A DNA stretch of 63,639 bases, the filler included, from Phoronis australis (lineage: Eukaryota > Animalia > Phoronida): assembly GCA_002633005.1 (NCBI GenBank). It is 10 parts of 10 records of this genome, joined end to end, with 100 filler letters (N's around TTAATTAATTAA, not from the genome) between each part and the next. Parts side by side here need not be neighbours in the genome. Positions count along the whole stretch, not along the records: positions 1 to 22,410 come from NMRA01001391.1; positions 22,511 to 32,589 come from NMRA01000019.1; 8 more parts are not named here. The stretch is one strand, 5' to 3'. The notes beneath the pieces were generated by a model that did no database searches, was not told the origin of the DNA, and saw only the letters and a program-made list of their open reading frames with translations. Within the stretch, counting starts at the first letter, position 1. Each line of letters starts with the position of its first letter. Of the stretch, positions 12,797 through 25,371 are shown in pieces. Both the position numbers and the translations under genes were made by a program.

Positions 12797-14404
12797 GATT
12801 GGTATCTTCCAGATCAATTTGATTGTGTCGGATGGATGTGCTCGAGTTATTAGATTAGGATATATCAGCTCAATCAGGTAAAATTTTCACATACATACAT
12901 GTATCTTATTGATAGATTTGAATTATTTTTTTCTTTTTAAAAAGCTTAGGAGCTCACGAACACCAATTTATCTCTGAAACAAGACTTGAACAGCATAATG
13001 TTTTGTTCATACTCCAATAGCAAACACAAATGCACCAAAATAGCCAGTCAAAAATGTTTTGTTTCAATTTATAGTTGTCAATTGTATTTAAAACATATTC
13101 TACGGTGATGTTTTGTGGAGTTTTCTTTCCAAAATGACAAGAAATGTTCTCACGCAAAAGGGAGAAAACTGTCGCTAAATTCAGTGTGGAGTAATGCTTA
13201 CTACCGTGGCGTGGTCATCCTTACGGACTGACGTCTTGCCGTTGTCATCAGAATAACAAGTTAATAGCGAGTGTTAGCATGTATCTACATGGATATAGCC
13301 AGACAGCTATATTGTTGCATCCGGGACCAGTAAACTCATATAATGTCTCTCGAAAGATGCGCGTTCAGACCCTTACTGAAAAAAGTCTTTTTGCGGCCAA
13401 ATCGACATGAAACTTATACCACTGCAGAATGCACGGCCGAATGTTTTCGTCACTCTTGCGTTCGATTAACCCTCACCTTGTCCCGCATAACCAACAATTT
13501 AAAGCAACACAATCAAACAACTAACAGTGCTGTACACAAGAATGCTCCTACGAAAAAAATGTGCAAAAGGGTTAAGTTAACATAGGGTGAGACTTAACCT
13601 CGTCGATTCTCTAAAAGGGTGAATACCTCCTTGTGGCACAAACACTTTGTTGGTATTTGATGTGCCATAGATACATAAATATGCTTTCCATTACTTTTTG
13701 TGCGTCCGCCTCTAAGGCTATAAAAACAATCCATATCAAACAGCCAAAAATTAAGATATTTCACAATCCAAAATATGCACTTTGAAGTGTCTTTTAATTG
13801 CTAGCGAAACTAACAAAATTCGTCATTTGTAATTTGAAGCATTTTTAACAATAAATTCGAAATCGAAATTCTGTTCCAAATACCAAGCTGAAGGTTCCTA
13901 AGTCTGGGTTCTCTTGCTATGCTATATACAAGAATGAACAAATACGTGACAAGGGTAAATTGTAAGGATGGGAGGGCTATCCATCAAGAGTTCTCATTTT
14001 CTTGAGTCCTTTTCTCTCAGCAAGCTTGTCAATATTTCTCAGTCATTCCCAACTGACCGCGTCTGCATGACTGGCCACAGGAAGTCTCTCACTCAGTCTT
14101 TAGTCTTAGTCACACCTTGTTGGGGACGCCATCTAGTGAAAGGAAGAAACACTTCGAAAGAGGTTATCGATTAGAAAAGGAACACTTCGGGGTGCTTTGC
14201 ATTTCCGAGAGAGCCTTCGTAAGAGCTCTTTCATGGAAAGGCAGCATGGTTCAGCTTATTTTACGTTGAGACATTGATCACAAGTCTATGAATGAGGGGG
14301 ATGGGTGGCAGGGCCTCTCCATTAAAATGATGAAAAAGAATTACGGTGCAGTGCATTAGTTTCAATCTTCCACAGTCAGCAGACAGATGGATCAAACGTA
14401 CGTA

Positions 14405-14460
14405 CAGACGGACAGACGGACGGACGGACGGACGGAGGGCAGACGCAGGGACGGAAAGAC
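14405..14460. repeat. degenerate (GGAC/AGAC)n microsatellite
   Basis: CAGACGGACAGACGGACGGACGGACGGACGG; a complementary degenerate (GTCC)n tract lies at ~11003-11056. Confidence 0.8.
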
Positions 14461-16393
14461 ATACAGTCAACAAGACGTGGATCTACATCTACATGTACAT
14501 CGTGATGCTCGCGAAGCCATACCAGCAAAGGATAGCGTCGTGACGAGCGTGAGAACAGTGAAATAGGAGAAGACCGAGATAGTATAATTGGTGTCGACAG
14601 CAATACGCTCATATTTCATTCGGTCCTCTACTAAAAGAAATGTTCCCACGGCTATGCCAGCTTTCTAAATATTGGAGACCTGCTGACACCCACCCTCTGC
14701 TGGCGCGCGAGACCTGCTGATACACTGTCACTCTTGTTAAGCCCCTGGTGGTTGGATCTGTTCGCCCACCGTGATAACACGTGATTAGCAAGAATAACAG
14801 TATTTTACAAATTAATGCCATAGAAATTAGACGTGAGACAGCAGATAATACATGTACGTATTAAACGCTCGTTTTGAAGCAGTTGATCTGCCTTCGGTCT
14901 GAGACGTCAGCGGATTTTCCTGCTTATAAGAAGCCCACCCACCTCTGATTGCAGTATTTTTACTCATCGTTCTTCTGATTAGCCTCTGCCCTCTACCTCG
15001 GGCAACCGTGCCCTACATAATGCTACAGTGCCCTCGGAATCGATGTTTGAATATTAAACCTAAAATTAGGTTTCGTACACTTCGCTTTTTAAATATGCGG
15101 CAGATGACGAATTCAGCAAAAATCAACAATTAAAATACGTCATCGTTAATGACGTTGCAGTTGCTTATTGTAATGACGCATTCTTCTGAGGTAAAAAAGT
15201 ATTAAGAATACTGTTCGAATGGACAGTGCGACAACTTTGCTTTATGTGGGAAAGTTGAAGGAAAGATGAAAGTGAGAAAACGTGTACATAAAATACTGTT
15301 TTAAAACTTGCAACAGCCATGTTTGTTATATATGATGGAAATTTTGGAATGGATTGGTGACATTTGCGAATTCTAACGTGCCTGAAACGAAATCCTGTAG
15401 GCTAGAATATTTCAGGTATCCCTCTTTTTCAAGTGTGTAACATTCTTTAAGTGCCAAGTTGAGTGTCATAGAAGACAGTGACTTTGATTGTACATGTATT
15501 TTTCACAACTGCTACTCGAAACTGCCGATAGAAAATATTGCGTTAGTTGCGTTGAACAAACCAAATTAACGACCGCACAATAAAGTTTTAAAGTTTTTTT
15601 TAAAAGCAGTCGGATTTACTAGAGTACACAGAGGGGCATTGGCATCTCAATTAAGCGAAATAATTTTGTATCTTTCAGGTAGAAAGCTGCGTTGGCTTAA
15701 CATTAACTCCCTGTAATACCAGTCGGTTTATAGTATACCGAAGCAATGCCTTTATGGAAAGCCCATGACTCTCTTCAGTTACAGTTTAGTCTCGCAGTTA
15801 ACGTGATGTCGTTTATTGAGAACCTTCAACATACATGTATCATCAAAACTTTGAAATTATGCTGTTCAGGATATAATTATACACTTATACAATTACATCA
15901 AGATTGAAATGCAGCCTTAGAACATTACTTTGATGTTTTTAGCGACAGGAAATTAATGCCGACGGCATATATCCTTCGCAAAAATATTCTTCGCAAAAAC
16001 AAAATCCTCTTATTCAGAAAGAAGGCCACTTACAAAGTCGTATCTTCAAACTTCCCCCAGAAGAAAGATCGCCAAGAAAATGGCCCGAATAACTAAATAT
16101 GTTGATCACATGTGGAAGAGTAGTCAAGTCGTCCCTTAATGAAATAAAAAGGGTCGCGTTAGATGGAAGGGTGAGAATGAAAATCGGAAATGCGAAAGCT
16201 CTTAACGTCGTTGTACTAGTGATCAGATTATCGAGATTTCTCACACTTACGTCCCTGAGAAGGGTTACCTAACTGTTCATCTATTAAAAGTACTTTTTAG
16301 CTGTTATTCTAAGTGCTCATCAACGTTACGTCGGAGGATCAGAGGCATTTTCAGACTGACGATTTTATGCTTGTGTTTCAGTTGGTTGCCGTA

Positions 16394-16433
16394 ATGGACG
16401 ACATGGCGTATGGGCCGACGACGATTCCTGCAG
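16394..16433 (+). CDS. putative first coding exon of an unidentified ~100-aa protein
   Basis: Acceptor TTTCAG ends at 16381, ATG at 16394, MDDMAYGPTTIPA then G|GTTAG phase-1 donor that matches the phase of the exon at 16761. Confidence 0.4.
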
Positions 16434-16760
16434 GTTAGAAACCCGCTATTTCATAAAATACCTCACAAATCCCTGCACATAACATTTTATCACATTTGCA
16501 GTTGTGTGTCGTGCCTTTAAAAGTCTAAAATGCACGGAGGCGTGTTTATCTGGTGACTTTCTCTCCGTTTTCCCCGCGCATGCTTACTTTATGGCACTGT
16601 GTTTTCAATCCATGTTAGAATGACCAAGATTACAGATGGATACGCGGTTGTAGTTTTGCAATCGCCATCATCGTCGTCATCGTCATCAACTTTATGGCCG
16701 TCGTCATTATTGCTGTCCCAATGAATCTACACGTCTTGTACACATGTACATGCTTTTCAG

Positions 16761-17023
16761 TGCGCCCATCACTGCAGCTGGAGACGTTGAAAGTTATTAC
16801 GACGTGCGATATGGAGAAGGTCGACCCTGCGACAGAGTGTGACCATGTGAGTGCTCACAAGAAATTTAGCGAGTTGTCAAGTGTCCAAGTTCAAACAGCG
16901 CGTGTCGAAGAAATCGAGGAGAACCACATGTGGTCGATAACTCCTGAAGAAAACGAGATTCTCGCCGAGGACACGAAGCTTCAGTTTTCTGCGCAGAAGA
17001 TCCCGCTGTCTCAAATTTCTTAA
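16761..17023 (+). CDS. putative terminal coding exon of the same unidentified protein
   Basis: Acceptor TGCTTTTCAG; (V)RPSLQLETLKVITTCDMEKVDP...KIPLSQIS then TAA. Phase consistent with the upstream exon; GC higher than flanks. Confidence 0.45.
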
Positions 17024-18265
17024 TAACTACCAAATGTCTCAACCGACTGAGGCCCGTAGGAAATCTGTGATTTTTGACAATTCTTCTAGAGACAATTTTA
17101 ATTCTTTCTATCACGTTCACTTTCTATGGCATGATTCAGTTGCATATGGGTACATGTTACCACAGGAGACGCCAGAATAGTTTTATGTATTCCTGTTCTC
17201 ATAATTGTTTTTGTATTGTAAGCAAGTTTTTGTTTCTTTTTGGTGAACAGGTCTTTGCTGGATTATGCAAATTAGTTGGATCGGACAACAACCTGCTTCA
17301 TCGTTTTGGTTCCTTGTTTGTTCACGACTAAACCATGTCTGCATTGAACCGTATATTTGCTGTTTATAATACATTTGCTGTTAGTTGTCAAAAACTCGAA
17401 TCTTTTCTTTTACGTTAACTTGTCCCTTGTAACCTGAATGTCAAGAGATAGTCTCCTATACAGACCGCTTCTCTCTTCAACAGTCACATACATTGAGACT
17501 TCATTGTCTCACAAATTCTCCCTCCCAAAGCAAGTGGATTCTAAATTAGCCAGTGTACAATCTTATTAACTGAATGGAAGTAATTCACTATAACTGGTCA
17601 TACCTAATTACCATGTTCATTACCTGCAGCTGGAGACCAGACAAAGGCCTTAAATCACTGATAAAAGCGTGCCCAGCAATTCCATAAAGTCGATCCTATT
17701 CACAGTCATGCAACGTTATGTAGCTGACAACAGTTGAATTCCTGGCGATAGGCGGCGCTTTTCTTATTGTGAAAATAATGAACGCACAGACAAATCGTAA
17801 TTCAAGTCCAAAACCTGAAAGTTATCTGAAGGTATTAATCGCGAGACAACCAAAATATTATTAACACACTTCTAGTTGCAGCATGATCGATACTAGCCAA
17901 TACTCGGCTCTGTTTAAAGTTTACAGGGCTTGAAATGACCAATGACAAAAAGAGGAAAAATTTCTGGGTGACTTATCGTTCCACAAATAAATAGGCTTGT
18001 GTGATAGAAATATTTTTGTGTTGTAAAATTCAACTGAAATGAAAGTTTTTGCATGAACATGGAGTGAAATTAAAGGCAAAAAGGAGACAAAATGGGGAAA
18101 GTGGAAATCAAATAAGATGAAATACAAACCTAAAAAGAAGAAATCCTCTTAAAAGAGGAAAGTTCCAAGCCCCGATTCTATTCGACTTGACAACTCAAGC
18201 ATCTGTGCGTTTTACAGCGATAAACCGTCAAGTTTGGTGTATAAGTTCCGAAATACTGCCTCCCG

Positions 18266-18390
18266 TTCAGTAAAGCTAGGACCTCGCTAAAAAGCAAGAC
18301 TTCGCGAGATTACGTGAGATATTGCCGTGTATTTTAAGTGAGGACACGTGACTTTGACTAGGTTTTAGCTAGGTCCTAGCGTCTACTGAA
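18266..18390. mobile_element. short MITE, copy 1
   Basis: TIR TTCAGTAAAGCTAGGACCT ... AGGTCCTAGCGTCTACTGAA; internal sequence similar to 21623-21742. Confidence 0.6.
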
Positions 18391-19637
18391 TGCACGGCTG
18401 GTATCATCTGCTGGGCTTCTCTAAGTTACCGTGCAACGGGTTCATACAGTGCCATTCTTTGTGTTGACAACCAATTGTTTTGGTATCAAACTACGTCTCT
18501 AACGTAGCTATGTTTACATGTAGGTCAGAGCGTTCACCTGGAGCGGTCAGTATGAACGGTTAACTTCGGCCCTGAATCAAACTTAACGGCTCCTCTTAAC
18601 TTCGCAGTGAACAGGCGGATTTAACAGCGGGCTTTGAAGTTGCGTGAAGTAACTTAAAAGACTTAGATCAGAAATTTGACTTTACGGTCCACACAACTAG
18701 TTCTAAAAATAGTAAATATCACGTGTATGAGAATATAATCGCAGCTTCTGGGAAATACTTCAACATCGTGATGCGCTCATAATTACTTGGCTAAACCTTT
18801 TCCAGCAATTATGAATGGGGAGCGTATGAACAAAATTCTGTCCTGTGTTTTATGTTACTTTCATGAAACAGACCCCGACTGTTTTTTATTGGAATCAGAC
18901 AAAAAGTTGTACAGTGTAGGCCACTTTTCTACTTTTGAGTGGCCTTTAAACCTTGTCTTTATTGCGTTTAGGGCACTTAAGTGGTCTAAACTAAAAGCAG
19001 CGAAATGAGGGTTTGTTATCGTCTAGTCGAGCTTCTGAGTTTATTTGCGAGGTGAAGTGGAATTTGACATACATTTTCAGGGGAGAATTCGTGACAATTA
19101 TGTACATGCATTACAAAGCTATTTGTGATTATGGCGTACATGCAATGAATCGTGTCTTCTTCTGAAAGGTTGTAAATCACATTTACGTGTGCCTGCGCAT
19201 ATAAAAGAAGTGTTTTGCATGACTTTATGATTATTATTTACTGCTTTGTCATGTGAATGAGCGGCATCACAAGTGCTGCGTTGTAACAAACTACTTGTGA
19301 AAGTACATTCTTGCGTGAGTGTAGCGCAAAATGTTTGACAACTCTACATACATGTACATGTATATGTCCTTGAGTACTACAATCCTCATATGAAATACCA
19401 CCCATGATGACCCACCGTCGTCGAGGCCTAAGACTATGGCACTGATATCCCAAGTAAAGTTCCATAAATCTCATGTACCGGAAACAATTAATTATGAACT
19501 TTTGTGGTTATCCCGATTCGTTGTGTAAGAGTAAAAATGAGGTTGATTGACGTTAACAACAAGATTAAACAAACGTCCGCAATGTAAACTGGAAACCGAC
19601 ACTTGGAAGCTCTGGTTATGCTGGTTCCATCCATGTT

Positions 19638-19744
19638 TCAAAGATCTCTCTCGCAGATGAAGGGTCGTCTGTAGTTGCAATATTGAGCATAGAACTTCGT
19701 ATTGCTTACTTCAAGACACCGCTTCCATGATGATGAACTTGGTT
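19638..19744 (-). CDS. C-type lectin domain protein, last coding exon
   Basis: Minus-strand acceptor TTTTTTCAG; phase-1 (E)PSSSSWKRCLEVSNTKFYAQYCNYRRPFICERDL then stop, the CTLD C-terminal C...C...PFICE signature. Joins the 20898 donor in frame. Confidence 0.85.
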
Positions 19745-20340
19745 CTGAAAAAACACACGTAACCGTACATACGGTGGACTCAGTCGGCATATTCGTACGG
19801 CTGACTTGCCCCATCTGAGTTTAGCCAGAACGAGCTGTGACTACAGCTCTCGGATCCACTGAACAATACATGCATATTGAGTAGCTGGCTGACTATTTGG
19901 ATACATTCATCGCAGATTTATTATTCTCAAAGGAAAACGAGAAATGAGGACTGAAAGACTTGCTCACGGTCGCGGTGGTAACAGGTTATTAACTGGCTCG
20001 CATAATCATGTCTCTAAATTTAATAAAAAGGAAAGGTAGCCTACGTTTATAGCAAAACAACGTCATCAACAACATGAACAAATGTTGTTTGACACATTTT
20101 GTGTAAGATAAAATCTCAAAAGTGCTGATACACTATACATGTATCTAACTTATCTTTTCCTTTTCCGTTCTTCTCAACTTTTTAGTTTTTCAGTGAAAAC
20201 CATAACAGTCCTATTTCTCAATCGCCCCTCGTGAAACCCGAAACATTTTGAAAACAATTTCCACAAGAGTTCGGATAATACTGCATACATGTACAGCATA
20301 GTACCATCCGATCAGCCATTTTTCGTGGGTGGCGCACCAC

Positions 20341-20599
20341 AGCTAGGGGTGCGCCATAGCTAGGGGTGCACCACAGCTAGGGGTGCGCCATAGCTAGGGG
20401 TGCACCACAGCTAGGGGTGCGCCATAGCTAGGGGTGCACCACAGCTAGGGGTGCACCACAGCTAGGGGTGCGCCATAGCTAGGGGTGCACCACAGCTAGG
20501 GGTGCACCACAGCTAGGGGTGCACCATAGCTAGGGGTGCACCATAGCTAGGGGTGCACCATAGCTAGGGGTGCACCATACATGAAGCTAGGGGTGCGCC
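20341..20599. repeat. 17-bp minisatellite (14 contiguous copies plus one displaced) in the lectin intron
   Basis: Unit AGCTAGGGGTGCRCCAY repeats every 17 bp from 20341 to 20578. Confidence 0.95.
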
Positions 20600-20897
20600 G
20601 CCCATGTATCTCACACATAATGTTCCGAAATTAGCCAAATTTGGAGATAACCTTAAATTCGGTTTCATTCAAATTCTGCTGACGGACATCAATTTGTGGC
20701 CACTACAACGACGGAAAATCAAAAATTCTCCAATCCTGTTTATCTTGACTACTACACTACCACGTTGAACGAACATCGTTTTAATTGTGAATGACTGTTG
20801 AATGAGCTAGTTTGTCAGTCACGTGAGTTAGATATTACATGTAGCTGTACGCCAACTAACCCACGAACTGATCTATGTAGGCCTACCCGGTACCCAC

Positions 20898-21249
20898 CTC
20901 CACTCGCCCACGGCGTCCACCTGTTTAGAAGGCTGTTGGTTTTTTCCCACACCCATCTATTCTTCTTCAGGCGGTCGATTCCTCCTATCCAGAAACGCGC
21001 ACTGGAAGCTGTGCCGAAATATTGGAATCTGTGGTTTATCATGTATTTTACCCTTCCGTACGCGAACGGGTTACTAATGACGGCAAGATGGCCGCCGTCG
21101 TCGTGACATGCTGCATAGGCGCTGTACCAGTTTGCCGGCTTCATAACTAGACGAAAACACTTGTGAGGGTAACGCAAATTTGGAGGAGGGGCGAACCATG
21201 GAAACCAATGGGGTATGTATCCAACAGGACATCTGTTTCTCTTCAAAAT
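20898..21249 (-). CDS. C-type lectin domain protein, main exon
   Basis: Acceptor TTCTTTCTAG; ILKRNRCPVGY...KCFRLVMKPANWYSAYAACHDDGGHLAVI...FWIGGID...WVW...WTPWASG then G|GTGGGT donor. These are standard CTLD motifs. Confidence 0.88.
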
Positions 21250-21622
21250 CTAGAAAGAACAGAGGAGAACTATTCATAATGATTTGTGTAATAAACTCAC
21301 GTCGTTTTTAACAGCAGTCCGATCGCTAGATTCTGAACTTGAATTGCTGCGTACTTTAATTGGACCAAGCCTGAGTGACTGATGCTTCAATGCGACAGGT
21401 ATCGCCACCTTTATTCAGCAAATAATTACATTACGCCACCGAAAGTTACTTTACGCGTCAAATAATTAATTTACGCAGCAAATAATTACTTCACGCCTCT
21501 AAATAATTACTGTATGCTTCTAACAAGAATTAACTTATGCACGTAATTTACGTGCGTAACGTTCGCCATTTAATACATTTCACTACCGGCCAACCTCAAC
21601 GTCTATGTATTCGCCATTTGAG

Positions 21623-21742
21623 TTCAATAACGTTTAGGACCTCGCAAAAATTCGTGAGATTGTTGCTGTGTTCTTTAAATGAGAACACGTGATTTTGGCA
21701 AGATTGTAGAGAAGTCCTAGCGTAGGTCCTAGCGTTATTGAA
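21623..21742. mobile_element. short MITE, copy 2 (same family as 18266-18390)
   Basis: TTCAATAACGTTTAGGACCT ... AGGTCCTAGCGTTATTGAA; shares internal GTGAGAT...ACACGTGA with copy 1. Confidence 0.6.
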
Positions 21743-22410
21743 GCTCTTACAAATGTCGAGATGATTCTAGGTCATCATGTCGGAAAAGTATCGCATTTGA
21801 AGGTCGAATATAGTAAACGGCAGTCGAGAACATCTTGAACTAAGAAAGGCACCAACATATAGATAACACTGAGAACTGCAATGGGCGAGAACGATGCCAA
21901 TAGTACTGCTTGGCGGAAGTTGCAGGGCTATGCGTAAAAACCACGACCTTTTAAGTGTCGCCGTGTAAGCCGGACCGTCCTGTATCACCATAGTAATTTT
22001 GAGACTGTGCTGAGTTCCGTAGACACAAGAGCATTGCCAGGGAAGGTAGTGCCGGACGGCGCACCCGAGGCCGGGGGCTGGGGGGCTATAGCTCCTCACT
22101 AGTGTCAGTGCGTGGTGACACCTCTTGAAGTCTGGAATAGTCGCGTTTTCTCGAGGTTCTTGGGTCTATGGAAAGTATGTGATCATTCGTAACTACCACT
22201 TTGGCACTGTTGGGATGATGGCCTCGGTTATTCGGTCGCCTATTTTACGCGATCCGTGTTCCCAGCTCCATCCGATTGACATTCTATTAAAATTAAAGTC
22301 GCACAAGTTGCAAAATTCCACGACTCTTCACCCGAAGAAACTGAAATTTTTTTTTTTTTTTGATTCGTGACAGTTCTTTTGATTCGTGGTCGTACTTGTG
22401 TAGTAGAAAC

Positions 22411-22510
22411 NNNNNNNNNNNNNNNNNNNNNNNNNNNNNNNNNNNNNNNNNNNNTTAATTAATTAANNNNNNNNNNNNNNNNNNNNNNNNNNNNNNNNNN
22501 NNNNNNNNNN
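22411..22510. other. artificial contig spacer N44-TTAATTAATTAA-N44
   Basis: Exact 100-bp structure with a core that has stops in all six frames. Confidence 0.97.
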
Positions 22511-24113
22511 AGTTGTTACCTCCGAAAATTTCAAATTTCAGTTGATCCATTCTTGTTGTTTTATTTACCGATTTATATTCTTCATCTGTGACAAGAAACA
22601 CAAACCTAGGGGGGATACGTGACTTCTATTGTAACACTAAATGTATAAACTGAAAAAGTCTGATAGATGAAATCTGAACTGTACTGGGGTCATAATTGTA
22701 AATCATACTTTGTATTCTCATCTGCTAATAACTTAGCAGGCAGCTCCAGTCACTTACGTGGATCCTGCATTTTCAGAACCAGTCCAGTGCTTGTCAGTAG
22801 AGAAACTTGGTATTTTCAACATACAGAACCCCTGCAAGTTACTGGAGTTGGTATTGAAACATTTGAACTCTCTGCATTAAACCCCATATGCAAAAGTTAG
22901 TGAACTGTTTCCGCTGTGGTTGTGTGGCCTGTGAAATAAACAGTCTTGCCCGCTAACAAAAAATAGTGTAGTTTCAGCCATGGTTCACAACTTGGCTAGA
23001 ATACTAGTGTTTTCGTGTGCACCCTCTCAAATATTGAAAATGCCAATTGATGTAAACCATTGGAAGTGTCACTGGTGCTAATTGGTAACGGTTTGTATTA
23101 CCTGGTTTTTGTTCTAAGCACTTTTGTAGCCAGACTGCTTTACATTTAACTTAGAAGTTCTAGATATATAATTTGCTGGGAAACGAAACCTGGTGAATTG
23201 TTTTGCGATGAATGAACATGCGAAATAACATGAATTTTCACTTTAAAAACTATTCGCTTGGTCAAGAAGCAAAGTGAACTACCGGCGTCTATGACCCCTG
23301 TCTGACTGAAAATGCTTTCCACCACTAGTTGAATATCTGCTAGTTTTGTTTTTGCCAGTAATTATAACATGAACCAGTAATTGAAAGGATAACTCATACT
23401 GCCAAAAAAGTGAGCAGCAAATATGAACACTGCAGCTGTTCACATTACCCATGTTTTTGTTGCCAGCTAAAGTACTTGCAAAAATGCTTACACTTTGGAC
23501 TGGTGTGAATAGGGCATGATTATCGTTGAACTAGCTTATGTACACTTAAAAGCTGAGGTGTTCATTGCTGAAGTGGGCAGCTTTGGAATTCTAACTTAAA
23601 CTTGCTGTGTTATTGTGGTGTGCATTGAACACTTAAGGTGCCCATGTCACCTCAGATGAACTTTAAAAAGTCATGTAGGCCAGAAATAGAACACCACTGC
23701 CACATGGCACTGATTTCCAGCTTGATGTTGTGTGGGTGTTTCAGCTCTGTAGGTGTCTGGAAAACCTACAACTACTAAGCACGTCTGTGAAAACATGCAG
23801 ATTTGAAACTCAGTTTTGGTACATCCCTGAACTTGAGTCCTGAACATGCACTTGACAACTTGTTTTGAAACATGAGCATTCATTTGATGAATGTGCAAAT
23901 TACCCCTAGTAGTGAGCATAAATTTGAATTTGCTTTGATTTAGTATAGTACTCAGGTGGTGTTCTTATTTAGGGAACATTAACATATAGTATAGGTTGAA
24001 CAGTACTGGTTTGAAGTGTGGCCGCACTGCTCACTCAGCGTGTAGTGTCTTGCAGTGAACAAGGATTACAAATTGGTTAAGAACTACTTTAAAGTACCAC
24101 CATGAATTCTCGT

Positions 24114-24375
24114 TGATTTATGAGTAGTGCCATGCGGGTCTTGTTCTGATCTCATATGCAATTACCAGTCTGAGTTCTGATTTATGAGTAGTGCCATGCG
24201 GGTCTTGTTCTGATCTCGTATGCAATTACCAGTCTGAGTTCTGATTTATGAGTAGTGCCATGCGGGTCTTGTTCTGATCTCATATGCAATTACCAGTCTG
24301 AGTTCTGATTTATGAGTAGTGCCATGCGGGTCTTGTTCTGATCTCATATGCAATTACCAGTCTGAGTTCTGATTT
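24114..24375. repeat. 64-bp tandem repeat, 4 near-identical copies
   Basis: TGATTTATGAGTAGTGCCATGCGGGTC...CAGTCTGAGTTC at 24114, 24178, 24242 and 24306. Confidence 0.95.
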
Positions 24376-25048
24376 TGGGATTTAACATTAGTCGATTTAA
24401 CTGCTCTGGTTTGAGTTAAAAACCTTGGACATATGGATTAAAGTCGGGAGTCAGGTTGGGAGTGTACCTGTTTATTTAAAAACAAATTAAATGTTTAACC
24501 CTTCACACCACGGTTGTAGAAGCTTGGATTCAGTTACCGATAATTTTGGTATGATATTTTAAGTATTTCTTCAATTTGTGTATTTTTAATAAAGAAATAT
24601 ACGCAAAATTTAAACAAAATGAAAATTTGTGTGACGTCACTAGTGGTACACCGGTCTCCGCCACTGTGTTGTTATACACTGTTCATGAACTAGAATGGCC
24701 GAAAAGAATCGAATATTGCTTATGACTATGCTTGAGATGAGTATGCGAGCACTTTTGTAGCCAGAGGAGTTTGCCTTTGTTTATTGTCACATTCATCAAT
24801 CTATGGCAGATATTGAACTAGTTGGACATCAAAGTTTGCTTAAAAGCATTTGAGTGGTGAGGAAACAAACTGCCTGTGAAAATGGCCCCTTTGCTGACAG
24901 CTCGGTGAAACCACTATTAGCATTTTTGTCACTCATGTGAACTTACTGAACAAATAACCGATGATTGCACCAGTAACAACAGGTGTCACTATGGTATATC
25001 TGACATGCCATTCATCAACATACTGTAAAGCTTCTAGCATACGCAAGC

Positions 25049-25371
25049 TACCTGTCCTCTTTGCTGAAAAGACCAACGTTTATTAAACCTCACATAATTT
25101 ATTAATTTCTACTTTAAACCAAAACTGTGATGACCAACAGAAAAAATCGTCTTTGCCAGCTTTGTCTGCTCCAAAGTCAAGTCACATTATTGCAGACCCT
25201 CGAGTATGATCATTGAACATATCCTTATTAAGCCTATAACATACCTGTCCTCTTTATTAAAAGACTAACCTTTATTAAACCTAGCATAATTTGTTAATTT
25301 CTACTTTAAACCAAAACTGCGATAACAGACTCTCAAGTATGATCGTTGAACATATTCTTATTTAAGCCTAT
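25049..25371. repeat. diverged tandem duplication; second copy has an internal deletion
   Basis: TACCTGTCCTCTTT...TTTCTACTTTAAACCAAAACTG at 25049 and 25242; CAGAC..GTATGATC.TTGAACATAT...AAGCCTAT at ~25193 and ~25326. Confidence 0.8.

Noticed and set aside
7538-24375. Short tandem arrays (7538, 20341, 24114) as CRISPR arrays
   Set aside because: Units are contiguous with no unique spacers, there are no cas genes, and the context is eukaryotic.
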